Source: Octopus bimaculoides
Lineage: Eukaryota
Direction: 5' to 3'
DNA length: 64,000 nt
NCBI RefSeq assembly: GCF_001194135.2
Contig: NC_068997.1
Location: 54,924,538-54,988,537, forward strand
Positions 28,855 through 39,814 of this stretch are shown here, in pieces. How positions within the stretch are numbered: position 1 is the stretch's first letter; the number at the start of each line of letters is the position of its first letter. The position numbers and the translations under genes were made by a program. The notes beneath the pieces were generated by a model. The model saw only the letters and a program-made list of their open reading frames with translations. It did no database searches and was not told the DNA's origin.

Positions 28855-29045
28855 CGTATGCATTTCATTTCCACCGGCTTCTGTCTACCAGACTCACTCA
28901 CTGGGTTTTGTTCTTCAGCTTGGAACTATCGTGGAACAATTGTAGGCACTTGTGTATGGTGTCACACAATGGGGCTGAACCAGAAGTCATGTGATCTTAA
29001 AGCAGACTTCCTAACTACACATACACGCACACCTGTGCATGCATG
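28855..29045 (-). mobile_element. Family A SINE head
   Basis: cacaatggggctgaaccagaagtcatgtg..aagcagacttcctaactacac. Confidence 0.6.
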
Positions 29046-29073
29046 AATAAATACATACATACATACATATACT

Positions 29074-29104
<31 letters not shown>

Positions 29105-30595
29105 AATACATAAGAATATATCTTCAAAATTATCATTGTAGGGAAACAATGCCATGAAAAATATCTATGTTCTTCATTTTTATTGTAAGACTAATAATAA
29201 AAAAAAATTAGGTTGCCAAAAAACTTGACAAAACACTTGAAGAATAAAAGGTGTTTATTCTAGTTATGTCATTAATCGCCATCTTACACTAATTTAGAAT
29301 GAACTTTTAAATCTATGAATATTTTCATTGTCTTTTCATATTTTAGGCTTAAAAGGCCTCCTCCTTCTGTTGAATCAAGAGGGAAAATACTAACAAAGAA
29401 AAACACAGCAGAAGAAAAAAGGAAATTTCCAGAAATCTATATTTTTTTCAATTTTTTTTTTTTTCATGTTTATTTTATATTTATTCTTTAAGCAATCTAC
29501 TCCAAGATTTGTTCATGATTAGAATCAGAATTTTCTCTCATAACAATCGCTTCTCTATTGGAATTGGACATGAATTGCAGAAATGTCAATAGCAGTGTCT
29601 GCAATAACCAATTATATTCTATAGAACTCAATAGGAATGGTTGTCGTTCGTGCTTACAAATTAGAGCAGCGGGATGGAGATGCACTGAAGATACCAAAAA
29701 AAATAGAAGACAAAAAGGTGGAGGAGGAGGAGGCAGCTGTTGCTTATGCCCTCCCCCACCTTTCTTTAAATGGTTTTTTGTTTGCATTTTAAGAATAATG
29801 AGTTTGATCTTTGTTTCCAAATTTCATCTTTTTATTTTTAAGAATTTGTGTATTGTTTGTTTGCATTTACTGGTGTGTGTGTCAGGGAGAGAGAGAGCAA
29901 GAGAAAGAGAAGTAGGTATGGTTAGATGGTTAAGTAGTTTGTTCCATAATTATGTATTTCTCGGTTTGATGCCACCACACAACAAACATTTCTCTTAGTC
30001 TTCTACCATTGTCTCAGGTCAACCCAACCCTGGTGAGTAGAATTCGGCAGATGGAATCTGAGTAGAAGTCTATCAGCAATTCCTCAAAGAGTAGCATTGC
30101 TCTGCATCCCTCACTCGCCACCCACACACTCCATCAGGTAGATTCTGCTTATGTGTATTAATTAAGAGTACAGAGTACTTGTGAAGTTCTCAACATAACC
30201 TTTTGTTCAAAGTATGTTGTATCAAGTGAATAGGAACTAAATTTCACAAGGATAGGTCGCTAGACTATTAGAAGTTAATTTACCCTGACATTAGTTTAAC
30301 ATGAGCTGAAAGTGAATAGGATACTCATTAAATCAGGTTTCCCCATTAAACAGTTCTAATATTGTAATTGTCTTAGTTCAAATCAGTCTTGATCTAGCAG
30401 GCAGATAATCAAAGACGCTCCAACTATGACCTTCCCATTTATTTTTTGGCCATAGAATATCTATAATTACACTAACCTCTGTTGGACCACGATTCTCCTT
30501 TAAGTAGTTCTCCTTTAAGACAATAAGATGTCATTTGTTGGGGACTTGATTACTATTTTCTCACAGGTTAAACATACCTCTTTGACTTGTTACAT

Positions 30596-30977
30596 GTTGT
30601 TGGCATTCCGTTGCTTATGACGTCGAGGGTTCCAGTTGATCCGATCAATGGAACAGCCTGCTCATGAAATTAACGTGCAAGTGGCTGAGCATTCCACAGA
30701 CACGTGTACCCTTAACATAGTTCTCAGGGATATTCAGCGTGACACAGTGTGACAAGGTTGACCCTTTGAATTACAGGCACAACAGAAACAGGAAGAAAGA
30801 GTGAGAGAAAGTTGTGGTGAAAGAGTACAGCAGGGTTCGCCACCATCCCCTGCCGGAGCCTCGTGGAGCTTTAGGTGTTTTCGCTCAATAAACACTCACA
30901 ACGCCCGGTCTGGGAATCGAAACCACGATCCTATGACCGCGAATCTGCTGCCCTAACCACTGGCATTGCACCTCCAC
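30596..30977 (-). mobile_element. Young family D tRNA-head SINE with 10-bp TSD (1 mismatch)
   Basis: CpG-rich. Reverse head gggaatcgaaaccacgatcc..gctgccctaaccactggcattgcacctccac. TSD cttgttacat 30586-30595 / cttgtttcat 30978-30987. Confidence 0.88.
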
Positions 30978-31149
30978 CTTGTTTCATAGAATGTGAACAT
31001 ACATCACAGGTTATAAAATGTGAAAAAAAAAGTAAACAAGAAAAATTTTTTCATGCTTAGATTAATGTTTTTCATTTAGTATGTTCTCTCTCATTTTGTT
31101 TAAAGTTAAACAAAGCTCTTTCTGAGTCGCACAAGCTCATAAAGTTGGA

Positions 31150-31345
31150 TTCTGTAGTGTAGCTATCCCCACCTTCCTGGATGGGAGACTGGATTATAGC
31201 AGGAATAATCATTTTTGTCTGCTGAGCAGACTGGAGCAATGCGAAATGAAGTGTCTTGCCCAAGAACTCAATGCATCATCCAGTCCAGGAATTGAAACCA
31301 CAATCTTGCGATCGTGAGTCCAGCACTCAAAATACTAAACCACTT
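31150..31345 (-). mobile_element. Family E SINE head and middle
   Basis: ctggagcaatgcgaaatgaagtgtcttgcccaag..ggaattgaaaccacaatcttgcgatcgtgagtc, homologous to 3800-3920. Confidence 0.7.
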
Positions 31346-32149
31346 GCTGAAAAAATATCAACTAAAAATATCTGAAAATATTATAGGAATAAAGAAGAGA
31401 AATGTCACTTTAATACATGTTGGAAATTCTCTCTTGAATTATATATATATGTATATATATATATATATATATATTTTTATATATGCATTTATATTTATAT
31501 TTGTATTTGTGCATTGCTTAATGTATGTCTCTCCCTCTCCTGCTGTTTCTCCCCCCTCTCTCTTTCTCTCTCAACACACATATATCCACATGTGTCTGAA
31601 TATACACACCATATAAAACTTATTTGTATACATTGAAAATAAACTTATATATTATATTTTATTTAAGTTATTTTATATCTCTGATAAAAAAGTTTATCTC
31701 AAAAATTATATCATTAATTTAAACATTATTTTCTTTTCCAAGATAGTTTTACCATAAAGTAAGAGATATCATGCAAATATAAAGGAGGCACAAAGAAGCA
31801 AAAATGGAAAGAGTAGTTGGTGGGATTCTCTTTTATAGTTCTTCAGATCTGTTGAAATATGTTGAGGGATTTACTCTAGCAATAACAATTGAGAGAATAT
31901 GATTCTATGTAATTGTTGAATTGAACTGATATCACTTAGTTCTGCTTTAGTGATGGAAATGTTTTATTCTTTAAATTATCGTGATGGGGTTAAAATGTTT
32001 TTCACAAAAGTATGGAATAATAGCTGACATTATGAAAACAAACATCTGTGATGGATTTTGTCAATAGCAAATATTTGATTCTATACAGGTAATTATTATA
32101 TAGGGCTAAAAAGAAAAAAACAGCAGTTATCATAAATAAAGTTGAAAAC

Positions 32150-32365
32150 TGATATCGGTTTCAGATTTTGGCACAAGCCCAGCAATTTCAGAGGAGGGGA
32201 TAAGTTGATTACATTGACTCCAGTATTCAACTGGTACTTGTTTTACTGACTCCAAAAGGAGCCAAAGCCAACCTCGGTAGAATTTGAACTCAGAAAATAA
32301 AGAAGGGCAAAACGGTGCTGAACATTTTGCCCAGCGTGCTAACAATTCTGCCAACTCACTGCCTT
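32150..32365 (-). mobile_element. Family B SINE variant
   Basis: ttttggcacaagcccagcaattt..aactggtactt..gaatttgaactcagaa..cattttgcccagcgtgctaacaattctgccaactcactgcc. Confidence 0.85.
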
Positions 32366-33028
32366 AAGTTTAAAATTAATGTTAAATGAAGAATGTAATC
32401 TACAATGTGATATCTTAACTAATCATATTATTATTATCAATTATCATATAACCATATATTAATCTTGTCTTATCGTATACAATGCTTAACTAATCAGTCA
32501 CTATGTCTTAAATATCATTCAACATCTTATCATTCAACATGCAACCATGTCTTAATTGTCATGTAACCATATTTGACTTATCATAAACCGTATCTTAATA
32601 TCCAAATAAACAGATCTTACTAATCACAGAATCCTCTTTTAATTATTCAGTCGTGTCAAGCTGCGGCCTTGTCTTAGTTATACAATCCTGTATGATTCAT
32701 CATAAACTACTTCTTTAATAACACAACCATATTTTACCAAATATACAACCATCTCTTTCTAATCACACCCCTCTAGCTTACATACCATACAACCATACCC
32801 TAATGAATAAAGCCAGGCCTAACTAATATTATGATCATATTCTATTAGCTTTAAATCATTGGTAATCCCAGTTTTAACTTGCAAAGCTCAATATTTAATT
32901 TCTTTTTTAAATGAGGAAGGAAAAACAGCTCTATTTAGAATAATCATACAATAATGTCTTACAAAATGTCCAACTATTTGTCAATGAGTGTGTGTTGGTA
33001 AAAATGGTTAAACTGTCATGTATCTCAC

Positions 33029-33149
33029 CTGTTTTCCATCGGTACACTTGTTGACCCATGGTAGAATAACAACACATTAAAATTAGAAGCAATCTTCTGG
33101 TTGTGTCTACTTTTCTTCTCCTTCGGTACTTTCCATCTTCCATGCTCAT
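33029..33149 (-). CDS. THSD7: First coding segment of a thrombospondin type-1 domain-containing protein 7 (THSD7A/B)-like gene: signal peptide plus start of first TSP1 repeat
   Basis: Translates MSMEDGKYRRRRKVDTTRRLLLILMCCYSTMGQQVYRWKT-G|. It has a basic n-region, a hydrophobic LLLILMCC h-region and a small-residue c-region, then YRWKTG, like the YLWKTGPWGRC that opens mature THSD7A (recalled, not searched). Donor CAG|gtgaga is phase 1 inside the Gly codon. An in-frame TAG lies upstream in the same exon. The second ATG (33143) has the better Kozak context, AGCATGG. ADAMTS-like identity is not excluded from this short segment. Confidence 0.65.
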
Positions 33150-33218
33150 CAAGTGGCAGGCAAAACTCAGCAAATCTCTTGTCTATTGCATATCTACAGT
33201 GGATCAAACATAGGGATT
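33029..33218 (-). other. 190-nt internal exon containing the start codon (5'UTR part 33150-33218)
   Basis: Minus-strand acceptor ttttctttattttgtgtttctcttttcgcag|AATCCC at 33219/33218 and donor AAAACAG|gtgagata at 33029/33028, in unique non-repetitive sequence. Confidence 0.8.
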
Positions 33219-33562
33219 CTGCGAAAAGAGAAACACAAAATAAAGAAAATTATTAACATTGTTTAAACAATTGCAACAGAATATATACAGAAATACAAAA
33301 TACAAATGTGTGTGTATGTGTGTGCACGCGTGTGTGTATGTGTGTGCACGCATGTGTATTCTGTGTAAGTCAAGAAACGGTGACATGAGAAATTTTTTCA
33401 AATATAATTATAAGGTCTCACCATGTCCTAATATTAGATTAATTTTTTTGTGGTCAATATATGGTGCAAATTTGTCATTGTATTTACAAAATTTTCTCTC
33501 ATTATCATTTCTTTATGTTAAGTTGCATGGAGTCAGATCAATCTATTTTAAATAATAATAAC

Positions 33563-33601
<39 letters not shown>

Positions 33602-33716
33602 AATACAGTTAACTTTAAAATGGAAAAGAATTTGTCAGGGCTGTATTCCTTCTCCATATTTGTTCAACATCTACACTTAGTGGATAATGCAAAAAGCAAT
33701 ACTGAAAGAAGAAAAT

Positions 33717-33802
33717 GACATCAAAATACATGGCTTGGTCTAAGGTATGCAGATGATATTGTTCTTCTTGCCAAGACTGAAGCTGGACTACACAAAATAT
33801 AA
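33717..33802 (+). pseudogene. Short reverse-transcriptase relic (YADD motif, RTE-like)
   Basis: DIKIHG..LRYADDIVLLAKTEAGLHKI*. Confidence 0.65.
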
Positions 33803-33973
33803 ATACTTATATATGTATACACATAAATGTAAATGCATAACTATCTATCTGTTAGTCTGCTTGTCTTTGATTTGGTCCTATGCAACTAAGAGTTTCATTG
33901 GTCTCTAACAGAAATCTAGCTTGTTGGGCTATTTAACCACATATGTCTGTGTGTGTGTGTGTGAGTGTATATG

Positions 33974-34028
<55 letters not shown>

Positions 34029-34057
34029 TACACACACATACACATTAATTATACTAA

Positions 34058-34292
34058 GGACTATTCCTATAATTTAATGCTTCATGCTGTAATGGGACTC
34101 TAAAGTCAAGCTACTTCAATAAATATACACGGCACTGAAAGCAAGGGAATGAGACATGGGAGTTACCTTTTAAAAACAGATTTAGTTGCATACCCTTAAA
34201 GATTTCATGGTCAGCATGTATAATATGCTCTCTAATCATTTGACTTTAGAGTCCCATTACAGCGTGAGGCATTTACTTGTAGTAATTAGCCC
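34058..34292. mobile_element. MITE with long TIRs, TTAA-flanked (Kolobok-like termini)
   Basis: 34076-34109 aatgcttcatgctgtaatgggactctaaagtcaa is the inverse of 34240-34273 (2 mismatches in 34 bp), with weaker similarity out to the ends. Right end ...tagccc|ttaa, left end ctaa|ggac. Confidence 0.7.
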
Positions 34293-34979
34293 TTAATATA
34301 ATTAATGTATTTATATTTAAAGGAAAAATTATATACTTAGTTTTAATTTTCTCTTAAACTGGTTTTTCACGCTGGCAACTTGATAAATTCTTATATAGAT
34401 TTTATCCTTATATTTTATATATATATATATTTATTTATTTATATATATATGACAGATTCTGCTATTTTTCTTGAAGAAAAATAGTTGTCTAGAACAATGT
34501 TGACATATTGGCAGTTAAGCAGTAACTTAGCCAATTCTGATGTCATTTTAATTAAACCATTCCAACAAAGTTTCCTATAATTCATACAAATGATAGCTAA
34601 TTCCTTTCACCATATGATTCACATAATTCGTCACAGATTCCAATGATTAGATAAGGATGATTAACTGCTTGATTAAAATCAATATTTAATATTAATGCTA
34701 CATTAGAAAGGATTATGAATTTAGGCCTACATGCACATATATATGTATGTATATATAACTTTGAGACATTTGCTCTCAGTAAGTATAGCTTTTGGTGATT
34801 TGAAACACTACTCATTACAAGAAGGAAATATATTTACTATTTATACCATTAACACAGTGGAAAGAGGAAGGGAAGCTAAATTCTATCAGCATAGAAAGCA
34901 TGTACATCAAAAACGTTTGGGATTATATCTGTGTGTATGTGTGTGTATATATACTAGTGTGTATGTATTTATATAAATG

Positions 34980-35110
34980 TATACAGGTGTGGTTGTGTGG
35001 TAAGAGGTTTGCTTCCCTGTCTCATCATTTTGGATTCAGTTCTTCTGTATGGAACCTTGGGCAAGTGTCTTCTGCCATAGATTTGAGCTGACCAACGTTT
35101 TGGTCACTTT
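34980..35110 (+). mobile_element. Family A SINE head
   Basis: caggtgtggttgtgtggtaagaggtttgcttccc..ccttgggcaagtgtcttctgcc. Confidence 0.75.
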
Positions 35111-35134
35111 CTGTACTTACATCTTAGATACATC

Positions 35135-35300
35135 ATGGCATCTGATGTGGATTTTTAAACCACAGACATTGTATTGAAATGACACCCACACAGATTGCAT
35201 GTCTGATTTGGACCACCAACAGCTGCAGTTAAGTTCTAATCTTTGTGGATCTTAAAATGTCTTTTGAGGCCTCTGTTAGATTTGCAGATTTCATGGCATA
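35135..35300 (+). pseudogene. Old non-LTR RT relic
   Basis: IFVDLKMSFEASVR resembles FVDLKKAFDSV. Confidence 0.35.
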
Positions 35301-35344
35301 CATTGAAAGGTGTATACAGACGACATATAGGCAGAATGGTTGGT

Positions 35345-35528
35345 GTGTTTGCCTCCCACCACTGCTTGACAGCTGTTGTTGGTTTGTTTATGTCCCCAAA
35401 ACTTAGCAGTTTGGCAGAAGAGGTACCAGGTTTGAATAAAAAAAAAATGTACTTGTGTCAATTCATTCAACTAAAATTCATCAAGGAATGGTCGCAGTCT
35501 TATGAGTGAAGCAAGTAAAAGTAGAGAT
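35345..35528 (+). mobile_element. A1-type SINE tail; a second 3' fragment lies at 35913-36000
   Basis: cccaccactgcttgacagc..ttagcagtttggc..gcaagtaaaag, homologous to 26780-26975. Confidence 0.75.
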
Positions 35529-35824
35529 ATTTTGATCATATTAAACAGCATCAGCAAAAAATAGTTGATAGACAATATTACAAGGAATTACAATGGTCTA
35601 AGCCGTGCATAATTTGTCTAATTATCAAAACTTGAGCCAAAGGAATTAACTCAAGTGATTAATTTTGCAGCTGAGGCCGTTAACAATCTTTGCAACAAGA
35701 ATCAACTGCCGTCAGGTTGTGACCCGTCAGACTCTTTTATTTAAATCTCCTTCTGTTAATCCTCTCAAGTATTTTAGGCCTATTTACACCAAACGAGGAG
35801 GATCTCGTCTTCTCCTTAGCTCAC

Positions 35825-35858
35825 CATTACATCCATATCTTGCTGCTTTCACTGAAAT
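35825..35858 (-). other. Candidate 34-nt 5'-leader micro-exon of the THSD7-like gene
   Basis: Long pyrimidine tract tcttcttttttgccttttttcttttcatcggttgtcag|ATTTCAG...GTAATG|gtgagc, in unique sequence between two SINE fragments. No transcript evidence. Confidence 0.4.
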
Positions 35859-36027
35859 CTGACAACCGATGAAAAGAAAAAAGGCAAAAAAGAAGATAAT
35901 ATTGTTTATTTAGGGATTGGGCTGATCCATTTGACTAAAAACGCTTGAAGGTGGTGTCCCAGCATGGCCACAGTTGAATGACTGAAACAAGTAAAAGATA
36001 GATGTGTGTGTGTGTATGTATGTATGT

Positions 36028-36133
36028 AGAGGGTCGTCTCTGCAGCAACAAGAACACGCTTAAAAATGGGATATAGATTTAAATAAATATCCCATTTTTA
36101 AGCTTGTTCTTGTTGCTGCAGAGACGACCTTCT
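36028..36133. repeat. Long near-perfect inverted repeat (47-bp arms, 2 mismatches, 12-nt loop)
   Basis: 36028-36074 versus 36087-36133. Confidence 0.95.
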
Positions 36134-36486
36134 GAATAAAGGTATTTATAATTAGTTCAATAGCATTGCAAGATGATAGAGGTTTCAATCTCCACTTATT
36201 AAAGTTTTTTTTTGTTTTTTAAACCATTGTTTAAAAAATTTATGAAAAATCTTACAGTCTGGTCTGACTTGAATCCACTACCAGATTATGCAGGATGTCC
36301 TATAACTGCTTATTTATCTGTGTCTTTACTTACATTGGGTGCCCTGTTAATTTCTGTGGAAAATAAGATAACTAAATCTACCACAGCATTAAATCAATAA
36401 TAAAAATAGATTTAAATATCACATTTTTAAGTTGTTTCTCAGGTGTTGATTTGTTGGCCTAATAGGTAAAGGTGTTAGTAATTTAA

Positions 36487-36732
36487 CCAATAACCTTGTA
36501 TGAAGGTAGAGGTTTCAATCTCTATCTAGAAATATTTCTTTTTTTAAAGATATTTTTGTATAAACGAAAAAAAAAATAAAAAGACTCTCACCTCCTTCTC
36601 TCATCCTGGCCAGGATGAGAGAAGGAGGTGAGAGTCTTTTTATTTTTTTTTTCGTTTATACAAAAATATCTTTAAAAAAAGAAATATTTCTAGATAGAGA
36701 TTGAAACCTCTACCTTCATACAAGGTTATTGG
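36487..36732. repeat. Perfect spacer-less palindrome (123-bp arms) ending at a gap
   Basis: Centre tgg|cca at 36609/36610. The right arm runs into N at 36733. Confidence 0.9.
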
Positions 36733-36766
36733 NNNNNNNNNNNNNNNNNNNNNNNNNNNNNNNNNN
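36733..36766. other. Assembly gap (34 N)
   Basis: N run. Confidence 1.
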
Positions 36767-39760
36767 ATATGAATTGCTGTCAAAGATGAGATACTTAAAT
36801 CTATAACTGTACCCAATCAATAATAAAAATAGATTTAAATATCTCATTTTTGTGGCTTGAAATAAGAATGGCTTCTGTGGCTTTGTGGACATTGACGTTG
36901 ATAAAGTATAACTTAGTGTTTGGTTACCGATGATGTTGAATTGGTCTTCTTTTCGGGTTATGGCTACTGTTGCTTAGTGAGTGGGATTGACTCAGTGCAC
37001 AGCCTTTCCTCACTTAAAAAAAAAATCTTCTTGCACAGGCACTGCACGATAACAACATGTTAAGCTTCGTGCAATGGCCATACTCGTTAACGAGGGGGCT
37101 GCCATCATATATGTATGTATGTATGTATGAATGAATGATTTGTCTCTGTATGTATTTATGTATAATCATGCTCTAATTCTCCTTAGCATTTATCATTATT
37201 TAACAATTATGTTAATATCTGCAATAGTGATTTATTCATAAAGGTGATGTCAGATACTTAATATTCTACATATATTTCTACTTTTCCACTTAGAAATTGT
37301 ATCGCCTTCTTTTAGATAATCTCTTTCATCTTAACACTCTTTTTCAACGCACAACATACTTCCTATTAAACTTTAATATCTTTTCTTTCAACTCTACAAC
37401 TAACAACATTTTCTTTCTTTTTTCTTTCCAACTCTTTCTTGCTAATTCATTTAAAAAAGAACACCTCACTGCTGTTTTCTTGAAGCCAATATATCAGATG
37501 TAAATTGGCACCATCAGAGAATGTCTTCAAGAACTACAATCTACCTAAGACTGAGTTCATTAATAATTTGTTTCTGTAATACGAAGGTTGAGATATAGAA
37601 ATAGATGTGTGTTGGATTTAATACCTAGTATTAGCTACTTTTATCTGTCAGATTTCAAACATAATTAGGAGGCAGTTTTGCTTTTGATCTCTCCAGGACC
37701 AATTAAATAAGGAGTGGTTATGCAACTAATTAACTGTACTCAACCCCAATTAACATATGTAGCCTTGTGCCAATGTGTAGAAATTCCTTATTATGGCAGA
37801 AACAGTCAAGTCTTACATCTAATTCCAGCAGTTTATTTCCATATCGAATTTCCTACAATGACAGATTTCCAGTCATATGCAGTGAATGAGTAATTTTTTT
37901 CAACATAACTTTGTTGAGTACATTAAAGATTGTATCTCACTGAGGAGGTTAGAATAATATCGAACCATTCAATGTTATCTCGCACTCTTAGTTGAATAAT
38001 GGAAGTAATATTAGTCATTAAGTTACATCATCTTATCCTCACATCATATTTAGTTTTAGCTAAATGTAGTTCCCTTAGTTGGCTTGCCTGTTAGCACCAG
38101 CAGGATTACAAAAGTAAAACATATCAAAAGCAGATAAGCTTCCTCAAAATTATTGATACCTGTAATTCTGGAGAGGAGATGGGTGCCACTAGGTCCATTG
38201 AAATACTGGAAAGGAAATAATAGTAATATTTAATTCCAAAACAAACTGGTCAGGGCCTGAAAGCATATGACAAGGAAGAATGGAAAATATTGGTTGAAGA
38301 TTTCAAGAGCCCCCTAGTGGCAGTGATTTGACTTGGATGTTTACTTTCCTCCCTTTATGTTGTGAATTCAAATTCCAATGAATTTAACTGACTTTCATCT
38401 CTCTACAGGTAATTAGAGAAATATCAGTAATATGCTGAGAATTAAATTAAATTAATATCACCCCCCCCCCACACACACACACATACACACCCAACTACAA
38501 ATATATGGGTCTGCCCTTATCAAATAAATTAATAAACATACTCCCTCATTAATTCATTTCTATAATTATTGAATATTTCACGTTTCTCTGAATGTGTCAG
38601 TATTTTCTAAATTGAAAGAATAATTAATTTTTAGCATAAGCATGATATTGCATTAAATTAATATGAAATTGGAATGAGGTATATGTCTTCATAATTACAA
38701 AAGTCATTAATTCAAAAATTATTTTGTAGAATAAAGAAATGAAAAATTTGCTACAAAACAATCAGGGAATTTTCTGACATTTGTGGTAGTTGTTATGACA
38801 GTGGTGGAGAGGATGGTGATGATGGTAGAGATAGTATCATAACAGCTAATTGCCTTTGATGCACATTGTCAGAGGGAGGGACAGAGAGAGTGATGGAGAT
38901 ACAGCACTAGTTATATTAGTAGAATGGTAGATATGAACTAATAGACCAGTATCCAGCCCACTTAATCGGTTACTATCTGTCAAACGAAACTTCAAAGATT
39001 TATGGAAATATATTCTCACACATATTATCAATAATTGTGTACAATATGAAATTCTTCAACTAATTTTTTTTAAATTCTTGAATAGTGTAAAGCTATCACA
39101 TTGTTCTATAAGTTAATCAAGTGTACTGGAGAATATTTCTTCTCTTCTTCACAGCATCAGTAATTTTCTTTAAGTAGTTAAGATTAAAGTTTGCTGTTGC
39201 AAAAATTAACCTTTTCAAACTAACCTGATAGACCGAAAATAAATCTCATCAGATGATTTTATTAAATTAAAACATCTAACAGTGACAGTCTTCTTCATCT
39301 TATTATTATTAATTATTATTATAGTTATTATTATTATTATTATTATTATTATTGAAATTTTAAAAACCTACAGCTGTTCTCGAAATGGCTCATACTGATT
39401 TTTATGTCCATCTAATTGTAGCTTATCTTATTTTTCTTTAGTAACTCAGATTTAGTAACTGTTCACAACAATTAACTGTGGAGTACATTCAGTCATATTG
39501 TACTCCTTTCATGAGTAGATTTACTCTCTAAAGCAAATTCAACTTCTGTATTATCATGACAGTGGAGCTGGCTAGATATTACACCATTATGTTTGACAAC
39601 TAATTACAGATAGCAGATAAAATTTCAGGTTCTTTATTTCCAGCAAATCATCTCAAAGAATGGGAAACTTACATTGGTGTCAGATTTCTGGTGGAATAAA
39701 TGATTAATGATGGTTGCTGCTAAATATCACATCACAGACAGAAAGTTCTAAGAAAATATG

Positions 39761-39814
<54 letters not shown>

